From NCBI GenBank assembly GCA_963769935.1, contig CAVYNY010000010.1, positions 608,001 through 672,000 of the forward strand: a stretch of 64,000 bases of DNA. Direction: 5' to 3'. Source of the stretch: an uncultured delta proteobacterium (GTDB lineage: Bacteria > Desulfobacterota > Desulfobacteria > Desulfobacterales > JAFDCJ01). A program made the position numbers and the translations under genes. Shown one piece after another: positions 42,048-51,374 of this stretch. A model generated the notes under the pieces. That model ran no database searches, was not told the DNA's origin, and saw only the letters and a program-made list of their open reading frames with translations. Numbering within the stretch: position 1 is the stretch's first letter; the number at the start of each line of letters is the position of its first letter.

Positions 42048-43976
42048 CTATCGGCGATCTTTGTTGAAAATACCGCCGACATGCACGTGTCTGGGCCGGC
42101 GGGGTTTTGCCGCCGATTTTGCCGCCGGGCTGCTGGATCGGAGCGGGCCGGATGATTTGGGCTGTTCTTCAATTTGATTTTCCAGGCAGTACTTTTTTAT
42201 GGCGTCAAGGAAGACCGGTCCGAATTTCCGGCATTTAACCGCGCCGACACCATGGATGGTCAGCAGGCTTTCGCGGGATTGAGGAAAAAAGGCCGCCATT
42301 TCCAGCAGGGTTTTATCCGAAAATATCACATAAGGCGGCACCCCGGAATTATCCGCCAGTTCCTTGCGTTTCCGCCGCAATTGTTCGAACAACGGTTGAT
42401 TTACGTCCGGGTCACCGGCCCGGCGCGGTGCGTCGACAAATTTTTCAAAAGACGGTTCTTCGTCCAGGCGGCCCCGGACGGTAATTTGGCCCCTGAGTAC
42501 CGCCCAACCCTTGTCGGTCAATCTGAATCCGCCGAATTCCATATCCTGCAGGACGAGCCCCTGATGGAGAAGCTGCCGGGACAACTGTTGCCACTGTCTC
42601 TTGGAATAGTCCGCGCCGATACCGTAAGTGGATAATCGGTGGTGTCCGAACTGCAGCACTCTTTGGGCCTTGGAACCCCGCAGGACATCGATGATATGCA
42701 CGCTGCCGAATCTTTCACCGGTCCGCTTGACACAGGAAAGAAATTTCTGGGCGGCGATGGTCAGATCCACCTGCTCTTTTTCGCCTGCCAGACAGTTGTC
42801 GCACATGTCACATTTTTCGATCGTGTAGTCTTCACCGAAATAATTGAGCAGCGGTATTCGGCGGCAGATTTCCGTTTCGGCAAATCGCAGCAGCGCACTG
42901 AGATGGATGTTGGCCGTCCGCTTTTCGGCGGGTGCTTTCTGCTCGATGAAGTACTTGATCTTTTGCACATCGGCATAGCTGAACAACAGCAGGCAGTGGG
43001 CTCTCAACCCGTCGCGACCGGCCCGCCCGATTTCCTGGTAGTAGCTTTCAATGCTTTGGGGCAGGTCAAAGTGCACCACGAAGCGCACGTTGGGTTTGTC
43101 GATTCCCATGCCGAAGGCAATGGTGGCGACAATAATCTGCACCTCATCCCGAATAAACGCTTCCTGGTTCAGATTCCGATCGGTGTCGCTTAGTCCGGCA
43201 TGGTAGGGCGCTGCCGAAAAACCGTTGTTAATCAAAATTTCATGAAGGTTTTCAACCTGTTTGCGGGAATGGCAGTAAATAATTCCGGATTGATTTTCAA
43301 ATTTCTGAAGGAACCGCAGCGTTTGCCTTGCGGGGTTATCTTTGGGAACGAACTGGATAAACAGATTTTCCCGGTTGAAGCTGGCCACATACTCCCGGCC
43401 GTCGTCAAGCTGCAGGCTGGCTTTTATATCTTCCCGCACTCTGGGGGTTGCCGTGGCTGTCAGCGCCGCACAGACGGCATCGGGAAAATGGGCGCGGGCT
43501 TTTAGCAACTGCCGGTATTCCGGTCGAAAATCATGCCCCCATTGTGAAATACAGTGCGCCTCATCAATGGCCAGGCAGTCCACCTTGACCGACGACAGCA
43601 GCTCGAGCATGCCGGCTTTCAGCAGGGCTTCAGGGGCCAGGTAGAGTAATTTAGCCTTCTTCTGCTTTATCTGTCCGACGTTGTTCCGATATTCGGACGG
43701 CGACAGCGAGCTGTTTAAAACGGCCGCGGCCACGCCGGATTGAGTTAATTGGGCCACCTGATCTTTCATCAAGGAAATCAGGGGGGAGATGACAATGGTC
43801 AATCCTTCGAAGATGAGGGCCGGGATTTGGTAGCACAGTGACTTGCCGCCTCCCGTCGGCATCACCACCAGTACATCCTTTTTGGCCAGAATATTTGCAA
43901 TAATTTTAGCCTGAAACGGCCTGAATTCATCGTATCCGAAGACTTTTTTAAGGATGGCTTGAGTTGGGTCGGTCAT
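42048..43976 (-). CDS. recQ: ATP-dependent DNA helicase RecQ
   Basis: MPTGGGKS, DEAH, QEIGRAGRDG, Zn-binding RQC and HRDC domains. Confidence 0.97.
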   Translation of the reverse strand: MTDPTQAILKKVFGYDEFRPFQAKIIANILAKKDVLVVMPTGGGKSLCYQIPALIFEGLTIVISPLISLMKDQVAQLTQSGVAAAVLNSSLSPSEYRNNVGQIKQKKAKLLYLAPEALLKAGMLELLSSVKVDCLAIDEAHCISQWGHDFRPEYRQLLKARAHFPDAVCAALTATATPRVREDIKASLQLDDGREYVASFNRENLFIQFVPKDNPARQTLRFLQKFENQSGIIYCHSRKQVENLHEILINNGFSAAPYHAGLSDTDRNLNQEAFIRDEVQIIVATIAFGMGIDKPNVRFVVHFDLPQSIESYYQEIGRAGRDGLRAHCLLLFSYADVQKIKYFIEQKAPAEKRTANIHLSALLRFAETEICRRIPLLNYFGEDYTIEKCDMCDNCLAGEKEQVDLTIAAQKFLSCVKRTGERFGSVHIIDVLRGSKAQRVLQFGHHRLSTYGIGADYSKRQWQQLSRQLLHQGLVLQDMEFGGFRLTDKGWAVLRGQITVRGRLDEEPSFEKFVDAPRRAGDPDVNQPLFEQLRRKRKELADNSGVPPYVIFSDKTLLEMAAFFPQSRESLLTIHGVGAVKCRKFGPVFLDAIKKYCLENQIEEQPKSSGPLRSSSPAAKSAAKPRRPRHVHVGGIFNKDRR

Positions 43977-44246
43977 CAGCTATAGCCCATTTTTCTAACA
44001 ACGTGTTATCTGAAACCTATTCAAATGACTTTGCGCCAAGGTTGGCGCCTACGGCTCCATTCGCTGCAACCAGGGTCCTGTAAACGATCTGATACTTTTA
44101 TACAAAAATACGTCTTTTGCGCAACAGTTCTTTTGATAGTGATTCTGTTTTCTTTTTTGATAGGTTGCGTTATCATGGCGGATAGTTATATTGGTGACGA
44201 ACATTCGACAGGTTTGCCGAGGGCCGCTGCGGCAAAAATGGGAGGA

Positions 44247-44807
44247 ATGAAAATGATGCACATCCATGTCGAACAGATACCGGCGGATGGTCTTGACTTC
44301 CGGTTTGAAGAAAGCCCGCAGGAATTTCCGGTTCTGGCGGAAATGATCAACCGGGGCGAATGCGAATTTCTTGCACCAATAAAAACCTCCTTGCGAGCGG
44401 TGCGAATCGCTGATAGGGTTGAAGTCGAGGGCGACGTCCGGTCAGTTGTCGGGCTGCCCTGTGCACGCTGCCTGAAAGTGTTTGAAACTGCTTTAACTTC
44501 CCGTTTTGCCTTAACTTATACAAACCGCCTCGAGGAAATGGAAATGGCTGCCGATCAGGATGAGGTTGAACTTCGCCCCGAGGAGATAAACCGTATCTAC
44601 TTCCAGGGCGAAACGATCAACCTGCAGGATGCTATCCAGGAACAGGTCATTATGGCGTTTCCAATCAGAGCGCTTTGCAGTGAAGGCTGCCGGGGGCTCT
44701 GTCCGCAATGCGGTGCGGATCTGAATGAGGGCGACTGCGGCTGCTCCCGTCGGTTGTCCGATAGCCGGTTTGCAAGTCTTAAAAACTTCAGGCCAAGAAA
44801 AACGTGA
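44247..44807 (+). CDS. YceD/DUF177 family protein
   Basis: CARCL, CSEGCRGLCPQCG and D.RF..LK motifs. Confidence 0.9.
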   Translation: MKMMHIHVEQIPADGLDFRFEESPQEFPVLAEMINRGECEFLAPIKTSLRAVRIADRVEVEGDVRSVVGLPCARCLKVFETALTSRFALTYTNRLEEMEMAADQDEVELRPEEINRIYFQGETINLQDAIQEQVIMAFPIRALCSEGCRGLCPQCGADLNEGDCGCSRRLSDSRFASLKNFRPRKT

Positions 44808-44808
44808 C

Positions 44809-45705
44809 ATGGAAAAGAAAACAACCCAGGCGCAATCATCGCTGAGACGGTTCGGAATTTTTTTTTGGCGGGTATTGGTCGGTTTTAAGCGTAATCAGGG
44901 CCTTCTGCTGGCAGGGGCCGTGGCCTATTATACACTTTTATCCATCATACCCATGCTGGCGCTGATCCTGGTGGGGTTTTCGCACTTCATAAAGAAGGAA
45001 CAGCTTTACAACACCATTTTATCAAATTTAGAGCTTGTCATCCCCTCCCATGCCGAAATGATCGCCGGGCAGGTGTGGGCATTTCTCGACCGGCGCCAAG
45101 TGGTGGGCGTTTTCGGGATTCTCTTTATGCTGTTTTTCAGCTCCATGGCCTTTACCGTTCTTGAAAATGCCATGGCCGTCATATTCTCGCACCGGGCCCG
45201 CCGGCATCGCCGGCATTTTCTGACCTCGGCCATCATCCCTTATGTCTATATTTTCTTGATGGGCGTCGGATTGTTTCTGGTAACCCTGATCTCCGGCGCC
45301 CTGGATGCCCTGGCAGACAAACACATTGTTATGTTCGGTTTCGATCTGAGCATGCAATATACTTCCCGGATTGCATTGTATTTTTCAGGTTTGTTCAGCA
45401 TGGTGGTCATGTTGACCTCGCTGTATCTGGTCATGCCTGTCGGCCGCATTTCAATTCGATATGCCCTGGCCGGCGGAATCACGGCCACGATTCTCTGGGA
45501 AATCATCCGCCACATACTGGTCTGGTACTATTCGACGCTATCGCTGGTCAATGTGATTTACGGCTCGCTGGCGACCGCGGTGGTGGCCCTGCTGAGCATC
45601 GAAATTGCGGTCATCGTCCTTCTGCTGGGAGCGCAGGTCATCGCGGAATTCGAGTCCAGGACCAGCGAAATCCCCAAAGTAGATCAAACAGACTTTGATA
45701 TTTGA
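44809..45705 (+). CDS. YihY/BrkB family membrane protein
   Basis: AGAVAYYTLLSIIP, YGSL and LLGA motifs. Confidence 0.9.
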   Translation: MEKKTTQAQSSLRRFGIFFWRVLVGFKRNQGLLLAGAVAYYTLLSIIPMLALILVGFSHFIKKEQLYNTILSNLELVIPSHAEMIAGQVWAFLDRRQVVGVFGILFMLFFSSMAFTVLENAMAVIFSHRARRHRRHFLTSAIIPYVYIFLMGVGLFLVTLISGALDALADKHIVMFGFDLSMQYTSRIALYFSGLFSMVVMLTSLYLVMPVGRISIRYALAGGITATILWEIIRHILVWYYSTLSLVNVIYGSLATAVVALLSIEIAVIVLLLGAQVIAEFESRTSEIPKVDQTDFDI

Positions 45706-45903
45706 GACCCCTTCGAATTTGTTCTCATGGAAATGATGGTTGCCATTCCTTTATAGTTGCACTGGTGCAGAAGGACAGGCTTTGAGATTTGGGATTTAGA
45801 GTATTTCAAGGCTAATTAATTCATATCGACTAGTTTCAACCTCATGAACGGTTGCAACTTTTCTTAGCCTGACGGCTATGGGTTTGGGGGTATTAGATCT
45901 GAA

Positions 45904-48900
45904 ATGTCACGCTGGAAAAAAATTCTAATTGCCGCGGCCCTGTTGATCATTGTGCTCATGGTGGCGGTTTATGCGTTTCTCGCACTGTACGATTTTAACA
46001 ACTTAAAGCCCATGATCGCTAAGGCCGTCAAGGATGCCACCGGCCGCGAGCTCACCATTGCAGGCAATATCGAATTTGAACTTGGGCTCAGGCCGACGGT
46101 GGTCGTTGAAGGCGCAAGCTTTCAGAACGCCACCTGGAGCTCAACGCCGAACCTGGCCCAGGTCAAACGCCTGGAAGTCCGGATAGCCTTTTGGCCGTTG
46201 ATTTTCGGCAAATTTGATCTGGCCCGCCTGGTCCTTGTAGAACCGGATGTGATTGTAGAATTCGACGATAACGGGACATCCAACTTCTCATTTGAAACCT
46301 CCGGCAAACAAAAAAATGAATCAGCCCTGTCTCCCCCGCCGCTGATATTCAACGATGTCCTGATTGAAAATGGCCGTTTCACCTACCGGGACGCGCAATC
46401 GGACCTTAAATTTTCAATTCGCATCGACCGCCTGACGGCTGAGATTCCCGGCTTTGATAAATCCCTGCAGGTGGATTTCAAGGGGGCCTTTGATGACCTG
46501 CCTTTTATGCTCAGCGGTACGGTCGGGCCGATTTGGGCCTGGGTCGAACCGGGATACACCTTGCCGGCGAATATAACCGTCACGGCAGGCGGCGCAACCG
46601 CCGACCTCAAAGGCGTAATCCGCGATCCCACGCATTTCAAAGATCTGGGGTTCACCATCACCGCCCAGGGCACCTCAACTGCCGCCGTCGCCAAACTGGC
46701 CGGCGTGACGGATATGCCTGAATTCGGCGCTTTCAAGTTGACGGCCAACGTTGCCGACCCGCAAGGCAGCCTGGCGGTGGAAAAGCTTGATCTACAAATC
46801 GGCTCCGAGGCGCTGGTCGCCGTGTCCATTACCGGCGGCATCAAGAACGTTCCGGCCCTGCAAGGTATCAAACTGGATTTCACCGCTCAGGGGCGTGACT
46901 CCGCCAATCTGACCCAATTTGGCTTACCACCGCTTCCCAGGAAGGGTCCGTTTAAAGTTACAGCCGACATATCGGATCCGGAAGCAAACGTCTTTGCGGC
47001 CGGCAACCTGAGCATTGCCCTGGGAAATAGCGAAATCAACGGTCCGGTGACATTGAATATGGCCGAAAAAGTACCCTATTTGACGGCCGAACTGGCATCG
47101 CAAAAATCTGAATTGGGCCCGGGCAGTTTGGATCTCAACCTGATCGATCCGTTTGGCAAACCGGCAATCAAAAAACTCGATCTCAAACTCGGCACCCAGG
47201 CGCTGGCCCAGATTCGTTTAAAGGGTACGGTTGATGACCTGCGCGAACTTCAGGGCGTCGATATCGAATTTCAGGCAAGCGGCAATGATCTGGCCAACTT
47301 GAGGCAGCTGACCGGGCAACCGCTGCCGGTGCGGGGCGCCTTCAGCGCTGCCGGCAAGGTCTTGATTCCGGTCTCCAAGCACCTAGAGATTCCCGATCTG
47401 AAGGCTACCGTCGGAAAAAACAGCATCACGGGCTCTTTGGACCTTGATTTAAGGGGGGAAAAGCCTCAAGTAACGGCGGCACTGTCATCGCCGCAATTGG
47501 ACCTGCCAAGCGTGCTTTTGCCGGAGTTGGCCAAGCAAGGCTGGGCCGAAGGCCTGAGTCAGGTCCGTCCCCTCAAACTGGACGTCAAATTGGCCGGTTT
47601 TTTTCAGGAAATCGCCGTCAAAAAGATGGACTTGCAGGCCGGAACCCTGGATTCGGCCGAGGTGCGCTTGAACGGTTCGGTCGGAAATCTCGCAGCCCTG
47701 CGCGGCGTCGATCTTAATTTTTCCCTGCAAGGCAAAGAGCTGGCCAAGCTCAAAGAAATTCTTGCCCAACCCTATTTATTCGCGCCGGTGCCGGGTCAAG
47801 GGGCCTATGCCGTATCCGGCAACATCAGCGATCAGGCGGTCAACGTTTTTAATGTCGGCAATCTTAAATTTGTACTGGCGGAAAATGAACTGACCGGCCG
47901 ATTGAATTTTAACCTGGCCGCCCAACCGCCGAACTACGAGGTGGATTTATCCGGCCCTAAATTCAACATGAAGCCGTTTCCAATTCCCAAGGAGGCGGCC
48001 TATGCCAACCTCAACAAAATCGATGACCTGGGGCCGCTGAAAATACACTCGCAAGTAATCGTCGCGGGTGATCACTTGTCCCTGCAGCAATTCGAGCTGC
48101 AGGTCGGCAGGGAACAATTGGCCGTGCTGCAGGTGAAAGGATCGATCAAGGATCTCACAACTCAAAGCGGCATTAATCTTCAGTTTGATATCCGGGGCAA
48201 TGAGGTTGCCAACCTCGAGAAGATCACCGGTCGATCCATACCCCTTCAGGGTGCCTATGCCCTATCGGGCAAGGTGACGGATCCCGCTCAAAAAGATTTC
48301 AAAATCAGCGATTTGGAGCTCAAGTTGGGGCCAAACGACATCTCCGGCTGGCTAGATCTGAATCTGAGCGGCAAAGAGCCCCAGTTATCGACCGAGCTGG
48401 CGTCGCCCAAATTTAGCCTGCAGCCCGTCACCCTGCCGGCAATCGTGAAAGCCTCCCGGCTCGAAGATCTGGGACCGTTAAAGCTGACGCTCAATTTAGC
48501 CGGCGCCGGTGACAAACTGGCCCTGGACAATCTGGATTTAATGGTTGGAAGCGAAGAAATCATTAAACTTTTGCTGAAGGGGACGATCAAAGATCTGTCG
48601 GCCATGCAGGGACTGAACCTGGAATTCACCGTCAACGGCCGGGATATTTCAAAATTGATAGCGGCGGGAGGACCGGAAATACCTTCAAAAGCCGCCTTTC
48701 GTATTTCCGCCCGGCTTGTCGACCCGGCGCCGCAAATCTACAAGCTTTCCGATATCGATGCCGCTTTGGGAGACAGCCAAAGCACCGGCTGGCTGGAGCT
48801 GGACCAATCCGGACAACGTCCGCAGTTGAAGGCTGAGCTGTCCTCCGACAAGCTGGACCTGCGTCAGCTTTCAAGGCAGGCGCAAAGCAGTGGGGAAGCT

Positions 48901-50001
48901 GAGGCCCGACCCGCGAACGGGGGTTCCCCGCAAGAAAAGAAAACGGAATCAGAAGGACCATCTTCAAAATCCGGAGCCAAAGAGGACAAGATTTTTCCCG
49001 CCGATCCATTGCCGCTGGCAGACCTTCAGAGGATTGACGCCGACTTAAAATACCGGGGCAAACAGGTTCTTTTCAGAAGTATGGCCTTCAATGACCTGGT
49101 CGTCGATATCTTGCTGCGGGACGGCAACCTCGACATCAAGCCGTTAAAATTTACAATTGGCGGCGGCAACGCCGATGGGTGGATCAATCTGCATTCCGGT
49201 AAAAAGCCCGCCGAAGTGGCGACGACCCTGACGATCAATCAGATGGGGATAGGTCCGATGCTCGATCAGCTGGGATACTCGCGCAGCATCGAGGGCAATC
49301 TGGATGCGATGATAGATTTGGACGGCACCGGTGACTCCATCGCCGCTTTGATGGCGGGGCTCAACGGCAAAATTCGTATCGCCTTAAAAGACGGCAAAAC
49401 CGAAAGCAAGTATCTCGATCTGCTGGCAAAGTATCTTGGCAGCGGTATCCTGCAAATGATCAATCCCTTTCAACAAAAAAGAGAGTACACCCCGATCAAC
49501 TGCTTCGTCGACACCGTCGCAATTGATGATGGCAAGGCCGATATCAAGCTGCTGCTGGACACCGACCAAACGAGCATTTTCGGTGCCGGTACGATCAACC
49601 TGAAAACCGAAAGCATCGACCTGGGAATCAAGCCGACTCCCAAAAAGACCGCCCTGCCCGCGGATATCAGCTTCAACCTGAACCAATTTTCCCAGCCGTT
49701 TCGCTTGGGAGGCACCCTCGCCGATCCCCATCTGGCCATCGATCCCGGGCGGGCGGCGTTTATCCTGGCCAAACTGGCCGGCGCCCTGGCGCTGGGTCCG
49801 ATCGGCATTGCCGCTTTTTTTGCGGATATATCGCTAGGCAAAAAAGACGCGTGCGCCGTAGCGTTGGAAAAAGCGATGAAAAAAATTCAGGCCGTAGAAA
49901 CGAAAAATTCGGGAGAAACCCCTCCAGAAACCGGTACGAACGACGAAAAACAAAAAGATAAAAAAAAGCCCGGTTTTTTTAAAAGGCTTTTTGGGAAGTA
50001 A
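45904..50001 (+). CDS. AsmA-family protein (1365 aa, internally repeated)
   Basis: N-terminal TM plus KPMI...ATGREL.I.G AsmA start; repeated beta-rich modules; C-terminal G.INL..E..DL and GTL..P. Confidence 0.88.
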   Translation: MSRWKKILIAAALLIIVLMVAVYAFLALYDFNNLKPMIAKAVKDATGRELTIAGNIEFELGLRPTVVVEGASFQNATWSSTPNLAQVKRLEVRIAFWPLIFGKFDLARLVLVEPDVIVEFDDNGTSNFSFETSGKQKNESALSPPPLIFNDVLIENGRFTYRDAQSDLKFSIRIDRLTAEIPGFDKSLQVDFKGAFDDLPFMLSGTVGPIWAWVEPGYTLPANITVTAGGATADLKGVIRDPTHFKDLGFTITAQGTSTAAVAKLAGVTDMPEFGAFKLTANVADPQGSLAVEKLDLQIGSEALVAVSITGGIKNVPALQGIKLDFTAQGRDSANLTQFGLPPLPRKGPFKVTADISDPEANVFAAGNLSIALGNSEINGPVTLNMAEKVPYLTAELASQKSELGPGSLDLNLIDPFGKPAIKKLDLKLGTQALAQIRLKGTVDDLRELQGVDIEFQASGNDLANLRQLTGQPLPVRGAFSAAGKVLIPVSKHLEIPDLKATVGKNSITGSLDLDLRGEKPQVTAALSSPQLDLPSVLLPELAKQGWAEGLSQVRPLKLDVKLAGFFQEIAVKKMDLQAGTLDSAEVRLNGSVGNLAALRGVDLNFSLQGKELAKLKEILAQPYLFAPVPGQGAYAVSGNISDQAVNVFNVGNLKFVLAENELTGRLNFNLAAQPPNYEVDLSGPKFNMKPFPIPKEAAYANLNKIDDLGPLKIHSQVIVAGDHLSLQQFELQVGREQLAVLQVKGSIKDLTTQSGINLQFDIRGNEVANLEKITGRSIPLQGAYALSGKVTDPAQKDFKISDLELKLGPNDISGWLDLNLSGKEPQLSTELASPKFSLQPVTLPAIVKASRLEDLGPLKLTLNLAGAGDKLALDNLDLMVGSEEIIKLLLKGTIKDLSAMQGLNLEFTVNGRDISKLIAAGGPEIPSKAAFRISARLVDPAPQIYKLSDIDAALGDSQSTGWLELDQSGQRPQLKAELSSDKLDLRQLSRQAQSSGEAEARPANGGSPQEKKTESEGPSSKSGAKEDKIFPADPLPLADLQRIDADLKYRGKQVLFRSMAFNDLVVDILLRDGNLDIKPLKFTIGGGNADGWINLHSGKKPAEVATTLTINQMGIGPMLDQLGYSRSIEGNLDAMIDLDGTGDSIAALMAGLNGKIRIALKDGKTESKYLDLLAKYLGSGILQMINPFQQKREYTPINCFVDTVAIDDGKADIKLLLDTDQTSIFGAGTINLKTESIDLGIKPTPKKTALPADISFNLNQFSQPFRLGGTLADPHLAIDPGRAAFILAKLAGALALGPIGIAAFFADISLGKKDACAVALEKAMKKIQAVETKNSGETPPETGTNDEKQKDKKKPGFFKRLFGK

Positions 50002-50027
50002 CCAATTGCGTTGAGACGCAATTGGTT
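50000..50027 (+). terminator. hairpin after the AsmA gene
   Basis: Perfect 12-bp stem aaccaattgcgt-tgag-acgcaattggtt; weak U tract. Confidence 0.55.
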
Positions 50028-50051
50028 CGTTGTGAATTGTCTGTTGTCAGT

Positions 50052-50171
50052 TGTGTAAATGGAATTGCTCAACGTTTGCATCGGCGGGTTGCTGCTGTAA
50101 ATCTGCTTCTTGACACATCCGGCCACTATCAGCGAAAACAGAGCGACACTTCAAAGAATACTTCTAAACAT
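50052..50171 (-). pseudogene. lipoprotein gene remnant
   Basis: GAGGAG RBS, then MFRSIL*SVALFSLIVAGCVKKQIYSSNP (lipobox VAGC) with an early TGA; the frame runs into repeat sequence. Confidence 0.5.
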
Positions 50172-50793
50172 ATTTGCTCCTCGCCGAATTAGCCGGCCTT
50201 TGATTCCGCCGGACGTTCTAGTGCTGGATGAACGGGTTGGCTATGGGTAGAAACTACTGCCCAAAATTTTGCGGTAGTTAAAATTAAAATAAACCAAGTC
50301 GGGCTGGGGCGGAAGTCAACAGATTAATTATTGATTCATCTCTCTTAACTGTTTATAAAGCGCATAAGCTTCCATTCCCCGCGGATTCCCCAGTGAGGCT
50401 TTGGAATCAACCCGCAGAAGTTCCAACAGCAGCGGGAATCGGTCATCCGCTGCCTGAGCAGTACTTCGATCTTTTGATAAGGCTTCACCATATGTTGCAA
50501 TCCGGCTTATCCATTTTGGGTAAGAGTTAGGCCGGATTATACACCATTAATTTCGAAATTGCCGGAATAATTTCGTCTCATGAAGGCGACTGACTTGACG
50601 CGGTTAAAACTATTCATCAGCTTTGGGCACCCGTCATAATATCGCTCTGCACTTTTTAGAAAATGTGTTATAGACGGCAGTGCTTGGGCTGAATCAATTC
50701 AACACCAAAATGACCTTGCCCGCGACCGGCTGCTTGGGGGGGGCGGTATCTCTGGTGCATCCGAAACTGAGTGGAAAATTGTAGCAGGCGGGT

Positions 50794-51333
50794 ATGGTGC
50801 GAACCTTATTCTGGACACTCATAGTGGCGCTGCTGCTCGATTGGGCTGTCTCCCCTTCAGCCGTTCCGGCCTTGGACCGGCAAATGCTTGGCCTGCGCGG
50901 CGGAGTTTCAGATAATCGCAATGATGAAGATTTTAAGCAGTACGAGGGTTTTGCGGCCTGGAATCTACCCTGGTCATGGGGCCTGGGTTCAGAGTGGACC
51001 CTGACCCCATACCTTGAAGCCAATGCCGGCCTGCTGAACGGCGGCGGAGAATCCGCCTGCGTCGGCTCAATCGGACCCGGTCTTTATTTCACCGGACTGC
51101 AGGATAGAATCGGCATTTATCTGGGTGTCAATCCGACCATTATCAGCAAGCATAAATTCGGCGATGATGATCTCGGAGGACCCTTTCAGTTTACCTCCCA
51201 TATCGCTATCGATTTTAATATCGCCCGGCACTTTGCCGTCGGATACCGCCTCCAGCACATGTCCAACTTCGTTTTCTATGATTCCAACCCGGGCTTGAAT
51301 CTGCACATGATCGAGGGGGCCTACCGTTTCTGA
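50794..51333 (+). CDS. acyloxyacyl hydrolase (PagL-like lipid A deacylase)
   Basis: Signal peptide, beta-barrel pattern, YRLQHMSN...NPG.N and C-terminal Phe. Confidence 0.82.
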   Translation: MVRTLFWTLIVALLLDWAVSPSAVPALDRQMLGLRGGVSDNRNDEDFKQYEGFAAWNLPWSWGLGSEWTLTPYLEANAGLLNGGGESACVGSIGPGLYFTGLQDRIGIYLGVNPTIISKHKFGDDDLGGPFQFTSHIAIDFNIARHFAVGYRLQHMSNFVFYDSNPGLNLHMIEGAYRF

Positions 51334-51374
51334 CTGATATGGGGGATCACATCTTAATAAAAGGAGTAAAAGCT

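Noticed and set aside
50330..50520. Possible minus-strand gene fragment (FPLLLELLRVDSKAS) or ncRNA in the spacer
   Set aside because: Too short, with no start or motif I can support.
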